From the NCBI GenBank assembly GCA_964639295.1, contig CAZXDT010000002.1:2609-66608 (forward strand): DNA of 64,000 bases, read 5' to 3'. The DNA comes from an uncultured Candidatus Saccharibacteria bacterium. GTDB lineage: Bacteria; Patescibacteriota; Saccharimonadia; Saccharimonadales; JALRHH01. Position numbers and translations under genes: made by a program. The notes under the pieces are model-generated. The model did not search any database. It was not told where the DNA came from and worked only from the letters and a program-made list of their open reading frames with translations. Shown one piece after another: positions 18,981 through 26,678 of this stretch. How positions within the stretch are numbered: position 1 is the stretch's first letter; each line of letters begins with the position of its first letter.

Positions 18981-19068
18981 TTAAGTACATTTTACCATAA
19001 GCAAGTAACGGAGTAATTTGAAAATATATTTCCAAATTATGAGTAACGCCGCTTGTATTTTTATAAGC
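18981..19068 (-). promoter_or_regulatory. Promoter/leader module upstream of the secreted coiled-coil protein gene (copy 2)
   Basis: The minus strand reads gcttataaaaatacaagcggcgttactcataatttgg...aattactccgttacttgcttatggta. Order, orientation and spacing match the copy at 14341-14431. Confidence 0.6.
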
Positions 19069-19076
19069 GAAAACTA

Positions 19077-19880
19077 CTAAAGACTGAGTAAGTCGCCCTT
19101 CCGTTGCACTAAGCTTTCATGTACTAAATCATCGATTACGGGAACAAGTCGTTCATCTGTAATGTGTGTTTGTAGCTCTTTGAGGGACAGTGTGCCAGAA
19201 GTGAGTAAGCGTATCACCTTGCCTCTGATTTCACGTTTTGAACCTTTAAATGTGGATTGCTTAGCATAGTGCTTACTATTGCGGGCCGTGTTGCCAACAG
19301 ATGTTTTCAGAAGCACGCCGTAATCCATCAGTGCCCAATACCATTCCCGAGGTTGCTCTTGGTCAAGTGTAGCTTCGATGATCGGAATAAGTTCTTTATC
19401 ACTAACATCCGTGCGATCAGCAAAGAAATGGTGAATATAGACTGTTCGTATATTGGTTTCTACAAACACTACAGGTTTGTTGTAGGCATACACCATGATC
19501 GCCCCTGCAGTATTCACACCAATCCCAGGGAGTCTTACTAGTTGATCCGTGGCTTCTGGAAAGCCACCACTAAGCTCCTTCGCAGCTTGCCAGAGAAACT
19601 TAGCCCGTCTGTTGTATCCAAGCCCACTCCATTCCTCCAAGACATCGGCGAGCGGGGCTTTAGCTAGGACGCTCACGTTTGGAAATCGCTTAATGAAGCT
19701 CAGATATTTTGGGATAACACGTGCGGCTTGAGTTTGTTGCAACATAATCTCACTCACCATGATTTTATACGGATCAAAACTGCTGTCTGGTTCAGCGTCC
19801 CGCCACGGCAAATCCCTCCCAAAATCCAGGTAATAATCCCAAACTATCTGTCTGAAGTCCTGCTTCTGCTGCTCATCCAT
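19077..19880 (-). CDS. mutY: A/G-specific adenine glycosylase-like (MutY/HhH-GPD family), no Fe-S Cys motif seen
   Basis: MVSEIMLQQTQAARVIPKY and the HhH segment LPGIGVNTAGAIMVYAY are present. I chose the start at MDEQQKQDF (19880), which avoids overlap with the upstream gene. Confidence 0.8.
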   Translation of the reverse strand: MDEQQKQDFRQIVWDYYLDFGRDLPWRDAEPDSSFDPYKIMVSEIMLQQTQAARVIPKYLSFIKRFPNVSVLAKAPLADVLEEWSGLGYNRRAKFLWQAAKELSGGFPEATDQLVRLPGIGVNTAGAIMVYAYNKPVVFVETNIRTVYIHHFFADRTDVSDKELIPIIEATLDQEQPREWYWALMDYGVLLKTSVGNTARNSKHYAKQSTFKGSKREIRGKVIRLLTSGTLSLKELQTHITDERLVPVIDDLVHESLVQRKGDLLSL

Positions 19881-19896
19881 TCTGTCTATTGTAACG

Positions 19897-22176
19897 TTAG
19901 TACGTCCAACGATCGACACCCTTGGTATCGGTGACATCTGTGATCTTTTTAGAAGATCCGCCGTCGAGACTAGCAGCGTAGTCAGCTGACTCTTTACCGG
20001 ACACAACTCTAAACACGACTGAGCTACTGTTAAGCCACCTGACGGGGCCCTTAAGCCCTGCCTGGGCGTACAGTACCTTTTCTTCTTTTGTTGCAGTATC
20101 GTATACGACTAAAGTACCTTTTCCATCCCTGGTATCAATCCAGATGCTGTGTTTTCCATCTGGGCTATCAACATATACTCTGGTGCTAGTATTGCTGGGC
20201 TGGCCGCTCAGTTTAGTAGGCTTGCCACCAAGCTGATAGTCATACCAGTCCTGCTGCACGGCCAGGGTCAGCTTGTCATAGCCAGTACGAAAGATGTTCC
20301 AGACTTCTTGGTTAAATAAGGATTGTTTCCCACTTGAGTCCGCGAAAACCACAAACATGCCATTGTTGACCCCGTTTTGGAATGCGCTTGCTGGTGCATA
20401 GTATATTTTCCCGGCAGCAGATACTACGTCGTTAAAGTAGTTAGCAGCTGCTAGCTGGCGGTTATCTCCAGATATGTAGTCGAAGCTCATGAGCTTGCTG
20501 CGCTGTGGTTCCTCGGCACCTGCATTTGATACCATTTGCACATACACAAACCGTGTACCAATCCAATCTACGGCCTTGATCTGCGGTGATTGTATGACCG
20601 ACTTGGTTTTCCCGTCTCTGAGGTCTACAAATGTCAAGGTGCTCAGCAGATTACCCTCGCTATCTCGTTTGTTCTCACGGCTAGAGATCATGACAACGAC
20701 ATCTTCGGATGGGTGGACAGCAAGTGTAATGTTATCTTGTTCGCTACCAGTGCCTTTTAGGACCAGTTGCTCGTTTTTACCATCGGCATCTACTTTATAT
20801 AGATCGTATGCCCCAGATCTCTTAGAAATAAATGCCACCTTGTGTGCTGGTGTTAATGCGACTGAAACAACTTGTTTGGTGGAGGATGGAAGGCTCATGC
20901 TTTCCTCGCGGTACCCAGCAGCTTTGATCTGTAGTTTGGCTTTAAGGTCTGCATTCTTATCGAGTGTTAATTTAATCTCGCCCTTGCTGTCTGCATTGGC
21001 AGTTGCATCACCCATGGTGGCTTCAGCACTTGCAATAGGCTTTCCAGAGAGTACATCAGTAACCGTGAAGGTGTACTGCAGACCAGCTGGCTTCAGACTT
21101 ACGTCTGTAAGTGGGTTACTCCCCCAACCGACTGTTTCTGAACGAGTTTCCGTGGCAAAGCCACGCTTTTCTATGCGGAGCTCTGTTGGGCCAAGCCTCA
21201 ATTTCTGTAGCTGAGCGGTGCCCGTGTCATTAGTTTGAGTCGTTTGTCCGGCAAGCTTAACAGTGACATTTTTGAGTGGCTGTTGAGTGCTTTGATCTAA
21301 CACCACCACAGAGGCGCTACTTCGAACACCAAGTGCATTGAGTAGTGCGTATCGATAATTTGGTGTTGCCCCGACAGCACCACCAACAATTAAAATAATT
21401 AGAAATGTCAGCCACCTGCCAGCTGAGGTTCGGAAAGGCCATGTAAAAATGCTGTGTTTCTTAGTTTTTTTCGTTTTAGCTGGCTTAGTAGATGAAACTT
21501 TCTCGTCCTTCATGACGATGAGTTCATCACTCTCGCTTGCAATTATGTCAGCAACCGCCTGGTCCGTTATAGCGTCCTCTATAGTTGGCTCAAGTGGAGA
21601 TTCTGGGGTCTCATCGTCAGTTACTTCTGTGGGCTCCGCCGCTTCCTCTGGGGTGACTTCTGGTTCTACCTCTTCAACTTTGCTTGGTTCAGGTTCGTCT
21701 GCAACATCTGGAAGTGGTTCTTCTGGTTCATGTGTAGAATCTGGTTCATCAAAGTGAGTAATCGTTACTTTTTTACCCTTTTTTGGAACTACTGGCTCTT
21801 CTGGAATGAGCGGTGCTGTGGCAGCTGACTCTTGTTCAGCTAATTGCTTATTAGCTTCCTCGATGGCAGCAGTGAGTTCAGTATCGGGCTCTGCTGGGGC
21901 TGGTGTATTGAGTACCGGTTCTTCTGGTTCGTCAGCATCGTGGGTTATGGCAATGGAGACAGATTTTTTGACTGCTTTTTTAGGAGTGACGATTGGGGCA
22001 CTCGGCACTTCGTCGGCAGTAACTGATATCTTAGTAGATTTAGGAGAAGCTAGAGGCTCAGGAGTCATTTCTTCACCGGATTCGCCGGTTGCAGTTACAT
22101 CCAGCATATCGTGAACGTGCTTCTCCAAAGCCTCCTCATCAGGCCCACTCAGGTCTTGCTTACGTTCTTTTTCCAT
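19897..22176 (-). CDS. Large single-TM surface protein: acidic/Pro-rich N-terminal tail, Ig-like (carboxypeptidase-regulatory-like) domains, TolB-like beta-propeller
   Basis: The TM helix is WLTFLIILIVGGAVGA. PD40-like motifs include KVAFISKRSGAYDLYKVDADGKNEQ and VDSPDGKHSIWIDTRDGKGTLVVYD. It is a paralog of 23518-25422. Confidence 0.8.
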   Translation of the reverse strand: MEKERKQDLSGPDEEALEKHVHDMLDVTATGESGEEMTPEPLASPKSTKISVTADEVPSAPIVTPKKAVKKSVSIAITHDADEPEEPVLNTPAPAEPDTELTAAIEEANKQLAEQESAATAPLIPEEPVVPKKGKKVTITHFDEPDSTHEPEEPLPDVADEPEPSKVEEVEPEVTPEEAAEPTEVTDDETPESPLEPTIEDAITDQAVADIIASESDELIVMKDEKVSSTKPAKTKKTKKHSIFTWPFRTSAGRWLTFLIILIVGGAVGATPNYRYALLNALGVRSSASVVVLDQSTQQPLKNVTVKLAGQTTQTNDTGTAQLQKLRLGPTELRIEKRGFATETRSETVGWGSNPLTDVSLKPAGLQYTFTVTDVLSGKPIASAEATMGDATANADSKGEIKLTLDKNADLKAKLQIKAAGYREESMSLPSSTKQVVSVALTPAHKVAFISKRSGAYDLYKVDADGKNEQLVLKGTGSEQDNITLAVHPSEDVVVMISSRENKRDSEGNLLSTLTFVDLRDGKTKSVIQSPQIKAVDWIGTRFVYVQMVSNAGAEEPQRSKLMSFDYISGDNRQLAAANYFNDVVSAAGKIYYAPASAFQNGVNNGMFVVFADSSGKQSLFNQEVWNIFRTGYDKLTLAVQQDWYDYQLGGKPTKLSGQPSNTSTRVYVDSPDGKHSIWIDTRDGKGTLVVYDTATKEEKVLYAQAGLKGPVRWLNSSSVVFRVVSGKESADYAASLDGGSSKKITDVTDTKGVDRWTY

Positions 22177-22219
22177 ATCTAGTAATTATGCTTTGATTAA
22201 TTACTTTTAGTGTATCACG

Positions 22220-22636
22220 CTAACGCTTGGATGACTTCTTACGTTTAGTGGATTTTTTCTTGGTTTTCTTGGTCGCTTGGGTTGGTGGAGTTGACACGGG
22301 GAGTGGCTCTGGCTCATCAACTATAGGAGGTAATATTTCGGCTGCTGGTTTCTGAGGTATGAGGAGGAGCGCAAGTACTGCGAGTGGAATAATTAGTAGC
22401 CACAACCACACTACGTTACTTCCCGGGTGCACTGTAGATGGTGCAACCGTAGATGGAGTTGGGCTTGCTGCTGTGGACACTCTTAGCTGACTACTTGGTG
22501 GCGCCTCACTTAATACACTGGATGTATTACCCGCGCTTGTTGGGCTACCACTCTGCTGTAAGTTTGTGGTGTTCTGTTGTAGGTCGCTTCTTGGTTGTTG
22601 CAGCGATGATTGGCCGCCCGTTAACTGATCTTGCAT
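22220..22636 (-). CDS. Low-complexity single-TM protein with Lys-rich C-terminus, hypothetical
   Basis: This 138-aa product has a Ser/Thr/Pro/Gln-rich N-terminus, the TM helix VVWLWLLIIPLAVLALLLI and the tail KKTKKKSTKRKKSSKR. Confidence 0.55.
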   Translation of the reverse strand: MQDQLTGGQSSLQQPRSDLQQNTTNLQQSGSPTSAGNTSSVLSEAPPSSQLRVSTAASPTPSTVAPSTVHPGSNVVWLWLLIIPLAVLALLLIPQKPAAEILPPIVDEPEPLPVSTPPTQATKKTKKKSTKRKKSSKR

Positions 22637-22708
22637 ATAGCTTCAGTATTACAGGTTTTTACGAGCTAGGCTAGGTTTTGAGACAAAAAAGCGTGTACAG
22701 TTATAGAC

Positions 22709-23338
22709 ATGACTTGGGAATCACGAATACAAGAAGCACAGCAACACTTGAGCAAGAATGATCCGATTATTGGTACGCTCATAGATCGTTTTGGTGATTG
22801 TAAGCTCGTGCCCCATACCGACTACTACGGTGAATTAGTTAGTGCCATAATTGGCCAGCAGCTATCAGAAAAGGCTGGCGCGACTATTTATAAACGCTTT
22901 CTTACCCTGTTTGATGGCAAGTTACCAACGCCAGAACAAATCATCACAACCGATACTGAAGCTATCCGTGGTATTGGTTGTAGTTATAGTAAGGCTGGAT
23001 ACATGAAGGATCTGGCCCAACATATTATTGACGGCCGACTGGATCTGGCGCATATAGCAACACTGCCCAATGATGTCGTGATCGAGCAGCTAGTGGCTGT
23101 TAAGGGCATTGGTGAATGGTCAGCACATATGTTTATGATGTTCTGTCTTGGTCGCTTGGACATCTTACCAACTGGCGACTTAGGAATACGTAAAGGTATG
23201 GTCTTGAATTACGGATTGCCAGAATTACCCAAACCAGCTGCCATGCACGAAGTCGCCCTCACCCACCACTGGGCACCCTACCAAACCGTAGCATCCTGGT
23301 ACCTCTGGCAAAGCCTCGACAACCAACCCAAAGACTAA
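22709..23338 (+). CDS. DNA-3-methyladenine glycosylase II family (AlkA-like, HhH-GPD)
   Basis: The HhH segment LVAVKGIGEWSAHMF and the catalytic Asp context LPTGDLGIRKG are present. Confidence 0.85.
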   Translation: MTWESRIQEAQQHLSKNDPIIGTLIDRFGDCKLVPHTDYYGELVSAIIGQQLSEKAGATIYKRFLTLFDGKLPTPEQIITTDTEAIRGIGCSYSKAGYMKDLAQHIIDGRLDLAHIATLPNDVVIEQLVAVKGIGEWSAHMFMMFCLGRLDILPTGDLGIRKGMVLNYGLPELPKPAAMHEVALTHHWAPYQTVASWYLWQSLDNQPKD

Positions 23339-23355
23339 ACTCCAGACCTGCTTTA

Positions 23356-23518
23356 GGCCGTTGTACTTGAGTGTCAGGTGCAATTTCTCTTCGAGAAACG
23401 GACCGAGCCGTACATGTGGTACGGTGAAGGGAGTATCGCAGAAGAAAATTGTGCCTGGCACCAAGAAGTCAGCGGGTCGTGAGCTCCGCTCATGAGCAGG
23501 CTGACTGGTACAGTGGCC
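23356..23518 (+). repeat. Bipartite structured element, copy A (module 1 at 23381-23451, module 2 at 23468-23505, 11-bp closing stem with two G-U pairs)
   Basis: ggccgttgtac (23356-23366) pairs with gtacagtggcc (23508-23518). The interior is homologous to copy B, with compensatory changes in three stems. Confidence 0.8.
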
Positions 23519-25422
23519 TAAAGGCCGCCGTAGCCGCCACCATAGCCGTTGAATGTTGTATTCGGTTTGTGATAATCCGTAACCTTCAAAGGAACCCCAG
23601 TAGCCTTCTGGTTCTTAGTATCTAGAAGCCCGGAGACTCCCATAATGTAGAGCTCACTTGAATTCTTTGAAACTAGCAGGTAGTTATCAGTGAACCAGCC
23701 GTAGACTGTGTAATCACTTAATTCTGCAACTGTTTTGCCGTTATCACCCTCGTTATCACCGACAAATAATGTATTTTTGCCGTCACGTGGCTCGGCCCAG
23801 AAAGTCTGCTTGTTAGATGGATCGTAGAGATATGTTGGGTAGAAGCCATAGAACTGACCGCTCAGATCTCCCTTGGTTTGCACTGCACCATTTTCTACTT
23901 CATAGAAATCAGAGCCACCAAGATTACCATAAACTCGGTAGTAGACTTCACGTGGTTTGTAGAGCTTGGATTCAATACTTGAGACTTTGTTAGCCTCAAA
24001 GCTCTTTAATGTTTTCTTGTCCTGGCCATTTACCTTCACTGTATAAATACCTGATTGTTTGCCAGCTAGGTAGCTGCCATCTGCTGTGTAAATACCTGCG
24101 TTCCAGGTCTTGGCGTAATTAACCGTATCCCCCACAAGAATCGGGCTACTAAAGTACTCTGATTTGTAGTCGGTCCCTGTGTACGAACCAACGCCACTGC
24201 CTTCGCCGGCGGTGTTATCGAGCACGTTCAACTTGTTAGTTTCGGCATCAAAGCTCTTAATACTGTACTTGTTTGGTTGCCAGAACTGTACCTTGTCACG
24301 CTGAACCAGATAGACAAATGTATGTCCACTCCAACCAGTCATCGTAAAGCTTGCATCGCCTTCATCCATGGTGGTTAGTTTGTCGCCTTTCGTCGTGTCG
24401 ATCAGATACAACGAAGCCGGCTTAGCTGCGCTGGCACGCTTGCTCTTAAGTGCCAAATACTTCCAGTCTTGGGATGCTAGCAAAACAGTGTCGCCATCAT
24501 CCTCACTACCCGTTGCAGCGAGCACCGTTTCAGCATTAGTGCCGTCAAGATTTGACTTCATGACGTTGATTTTCCCAGTACGCTTAGACAAGAAGTAAAC
24601 TTTGCCAGCAGGAGTAATAGACAGGTTGTTTTCTGCAACAACTGTTTCTGATTCTGTAACTTTAACCTTTGCAGTTTGTTTGTTAAATCCGTCCTTGGTA
24701 ATAGTCGCATCTTGGGTGTCTTGATCTGCTGGCAACACTATGACTGCTTCACCATTATCTCCAGTCTTTACTTCTGTCCCGGCTGCGCTAACTTGTGCAT
24801 CTTTAACGCCATTGCCATCGATCTTGTTGCTTACCCTCACGGTAACCTGACGGCCTGTGGCATCCAACTTGAGCGTAGCTTGACCACCACTCAGCGATAC
24901 AAGCACTGATGAACTGGTGTCCTTATAGTATTTTTTTGTAGCCTTGAGCTGGTATTTACCAACTGATACCTTATTGAAGGTAACGCTGCCATCCTGGCCA
25001 GTTTTGGCCGTTTTCCCACCGATCACCAAATCTACACTACTAATTGGCTTGTTAGTTTTGGCATCAATGACAGTGACCGAGAAGTTCTTTTTAATAACCA
25101 GACCGAGAACTGGGTATCTAGTGGCAGGAATTGCGCCAACGATCAGTAGGAGCGCAATGATAGTTGCTGGAATACTAACTTTCTTGTGCTTAATATAAGC
25201 CGTTTTCCATTTTGCTAGCTTTTGTTTGAATCCAGATTTTGCCTGTGGTTCTGGAACTTGTTCAGGTTCCACATCACTCTGAGGCTCTTCGTAACTTGTC
25301 TCTTCTTCTGGTTCTGGGGTTGTTACTTTATCGGGTTGTTCTACTTCTTCAACACTATTCGATGGTACGAGTGGCGCGGTTTTCGCCTCGTCATCATCAC
25401 GCTTCGGGTTCTCTAAATCCAT
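23518..25422 (-). CDS. Single-TM surface protein: acidic N-terminal tail, Ig-like domains, TolB-like beta-propeller (paralog of 19897-22176)
   Basis: AAGGGAG lies upstream of the ATG. The TM helix is IPATIIALLLIVGAIPA. PD40-like motifs include KVYFLSKRTGKINVMKSNLDGTNAE and EPRDGKNTLFVGD. The C-terminus is Gly/Tyr-rich (GYGGGYGGL). Confidence 0.8.
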   Translation of the reverse strand: MDLENPKRDDDEAKTAPLVPSNSVEEVEQPDKVTTPEPEEETSYEEPQSDVEPEQVPEPQAKSGFKQKLAKWKTAYIKHKKVSIPATIIALLLIVGAIPATRYPVLGLVIKKNFSVTVIDAKTNKPISSVDLVIGGKTAKTGQDGSVTFNKVSVGKYQLKATKKYYKDTSSSVLVSLSGGQATLKLDATGRQVTVRVSNKIDGNGVKDAQVSAAGTEVKTGDNGEAVIVLPADQDTQDATITKDGFNKQTAKVKVTESETVVAENNLSITPAGKVYFLSKRTGKINVMKSNLDGTNAETVLAATGSEDDGDTVLLASQDWKYLALKSKRASAAKPASLYLIDTTKGDKLTTMDEGDASFTMTGWSGHTFVYLVQRDKVQFWQPNKYSIKSFDAETNKLNVLDNTAGEGSGVGSYTGTDYKSEYFSSPILVGDTVNYAKTWNAGIYTADGSYLAGKQSGIYTVKVNGQDKKTLKSFEANKVSSIESKLYKPREVYYRVYGNLGGSDFYEVENGAVQTKGDLSGQFYGFYPTYLYDPSNKQTFWAEPRDGKNTLFVGDNEGDNGKTVAELSDYTVYGWFTDNYLLVSKNSSELYIMGVSGLLDTKNQKATGVPLKVTDYHKPNTTFNGYGGGYGGL

Positions 25423-25623
25423 GCTACATTACTCCCTTTGCTGCTGATTATAATCCTAAACATAAGCTTGACGCCACAAAAACTGCAGAGTACAGTGAAT
25501 TTTATGATTCAGCGGCCTCGCAAGCACGTTCGAAGCAGGGAGTAATCCCGGGTGGACGTACGATATACTGAGTCTAAAACCCAACATAATAACAGCGTAA
25601 ACAAACCATAAAAACGCCCAAAT

Positions 25624-25650
25624 AACCTCCCAGCATAACGCTGGGAGGTT
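25624..25650 (+). promoter_or_regulatory. Perfect 11-bp hairpin containing the SD-like GGGAGG in the leader of the DUF1345-like gene
   Basis: The hairpin is aacctcccagc-ataac-gctgggaggtt. It ends 13 nt before ATG 25664 and is followed by only a short T run. Confidence 0.5.
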
Positions 25651-25663
25651 TTACGTTATACTT

Positions 25664-26326
25664 ATGGTTATGATTAAGGTGCACATAACTTGGAAAGAGC
25701 TGCTACTAGCTCAAATCGCACTGTACGTAGCGATAGCGCTCCAAGTATTTTCATGGTCTGTCAGTGATAGCCTTACCTACGGACCACACCCCCTTATTAT
25801 CGTGACTGAGATCGTACTGTCAGTGGTCATTGGCATCAGTGCACGACATCCAAAGCTTGTTGCTAAGTCCCTGTACAGAACGTCTTCATTCGTATTACTA
25901 GGGCTTATTTCTGCAGAGAATATCAGCTCGCTCATAGTCGTTTCCCGACTACTTATCACCCAAGGGACCCATCTATCGGGGTATGAACTATTAGCATCTG
26001 CGTTGGCCATTTTCCTGACAAACATTATTGTGTTTGCGCTATGGTACTGGGAGATCGACAGTCCCGGGCTCAGTGGCAAAAAATGGTCCAGACATGAAAA
26101 GGATTTCCAGTTTACACAACAAGACATGTCTCAGGATTTCAAAAATTGGAATCCGAGCTTCTCTGACTACCTATATATGTCGGTTACTAACGCAATTAAC
26201 TTTGCGCCAGCAGATACCAGACCACTTACCTCCCAGGCGAAAGCTTTAATGGGCACCCAGGCGCTAGTATCAGTATTTACACTCGCACTTGTACTAGCCC
26301 GCTCTGTTAGTATCCTTGGCCAATAG
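25664..26326 (+). CDS. DUF1345-like membrane protein
   Basis: Four or five TM helices are followed by WYWEID...FSDYLYMSVTNAINFAPADTRP, which resembles the DUF1345 signature. The family call is from memory. Confidence 0.65.
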   Translation: MVMIKVHITWKELLLAQIALYVAIALQVFSWSVSDSLTYGPHPLIIVTEIVLSVVIGISARHPKLVAKSLYRTSSFVLLGLISAENISSLIVVSRLLITQGTHLSGYELLASALAIFLTNIIVFALWYWEIDSPGLSGKKWSRHEKDFQFTQQDMSQDFKNWNPSFSDYLYMSVTNAINFAPADTRPLTSQAKALMGTQALVSVFTLALVLARSVSILGQ

Positions 26327-26453
26327 CCATTTCTATGGTTCAATACCAGTAACGTAGGTCAATTCCGATATGCGCTTACCGTTTAGCGAACAACATATCT
26401 AGACAACAACTGCGGGCAAACGGCTCTTTACAAATCTAAGTAGGAGTCATCTT

Positions 26454-26633
26454 ATGTCAAAAATGACAAAAGAAGAAATTCAGGACCAATACGGCTGGAA
26501 CCAGGAAGATCACTACAAGCACTGGCGTGCCTGGGGTTCATGGTTCAGCTGGGGTTCCCCAGTTGGGCTAGGATTGTTCTTTCTCGCTTGTGCGGGAGCA
26601 GTCTGGGTCCTCGGCCAAACCTTCAACTGGTAA
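26454..26633 (+). CDS. Small Trp-rich membrane protein (59 aa), absent from the ORF track
   Basis: AGGAG at 26442-26446 lies 7 nt upstream of the ATG. The translation is MSKMTKEEIQDQYGWNQEDHYKHWRAWGSWFSWGSPVGLGLFFLACAGAVWVLGQTFNW. A bidirectional terminator lies 17 nt downstream. Confidence 0.7.
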   Translation: MSKMTKEEIQDQYGWNQEDHYKHWRAWGSWFSWGSPVGLGLFFLACAGAVWVLGQTFNW

Positions 26634-26640
26634 ACCTGTT

Positions 26641-26678
26641 GAAATAAAATAACCCGGACTTCCGGGTTATTTTATTTG
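26641..26678. terminator. Bidirectional rho-independent terminator between the 59-aa ORF and the helicase gene
   Basis: The stem aacccgga / tccgggtt is flanked by aaataaaat upstream and attttattt downstream. Confidence 0.8.

Noticed and set aside
20489-21214. A 241-aa ORF on the + strand, antisense to the 759-aa surface protein gene. Similar long antisense ORFs occur at 29403-29966, 32964-33485, 27216-27674, 36031-36444, 21449-21757 and 21806-22114.
   Set aside because: All lie fully inside well-supported genes on the other strand. They are Ser/Leu/Cys-rich low-complexity translations with no RBS or recognisable motifs, which is typical of antisense frame artefacts.
23414-23482. A short ORF inside structured element copy A (MWYGEGSIAEENCAWHQEVSGS), with a similar peptide readable in copy B.
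   Set aside because: Copy B has no start codon in that frame and a stop upstream, and copy A's stop is a sense codon in B. The substitution pattern follows base-pairing, not codon positions.
25511-25552. A possible fifth, degenerate copy of module 1 (cagcggcctcgcaagcacgttcgaagcagggagtaatcccgg resembles cggaccgagcc...gtgaagggagtatcgg). A related acgttcgaag motif occurs at 10216-10225.
   Set aside because: No apical hairpin or outer stem is preserved, and the similarity consists of short patches. I cannot tell it from chance without a statistical alignment.
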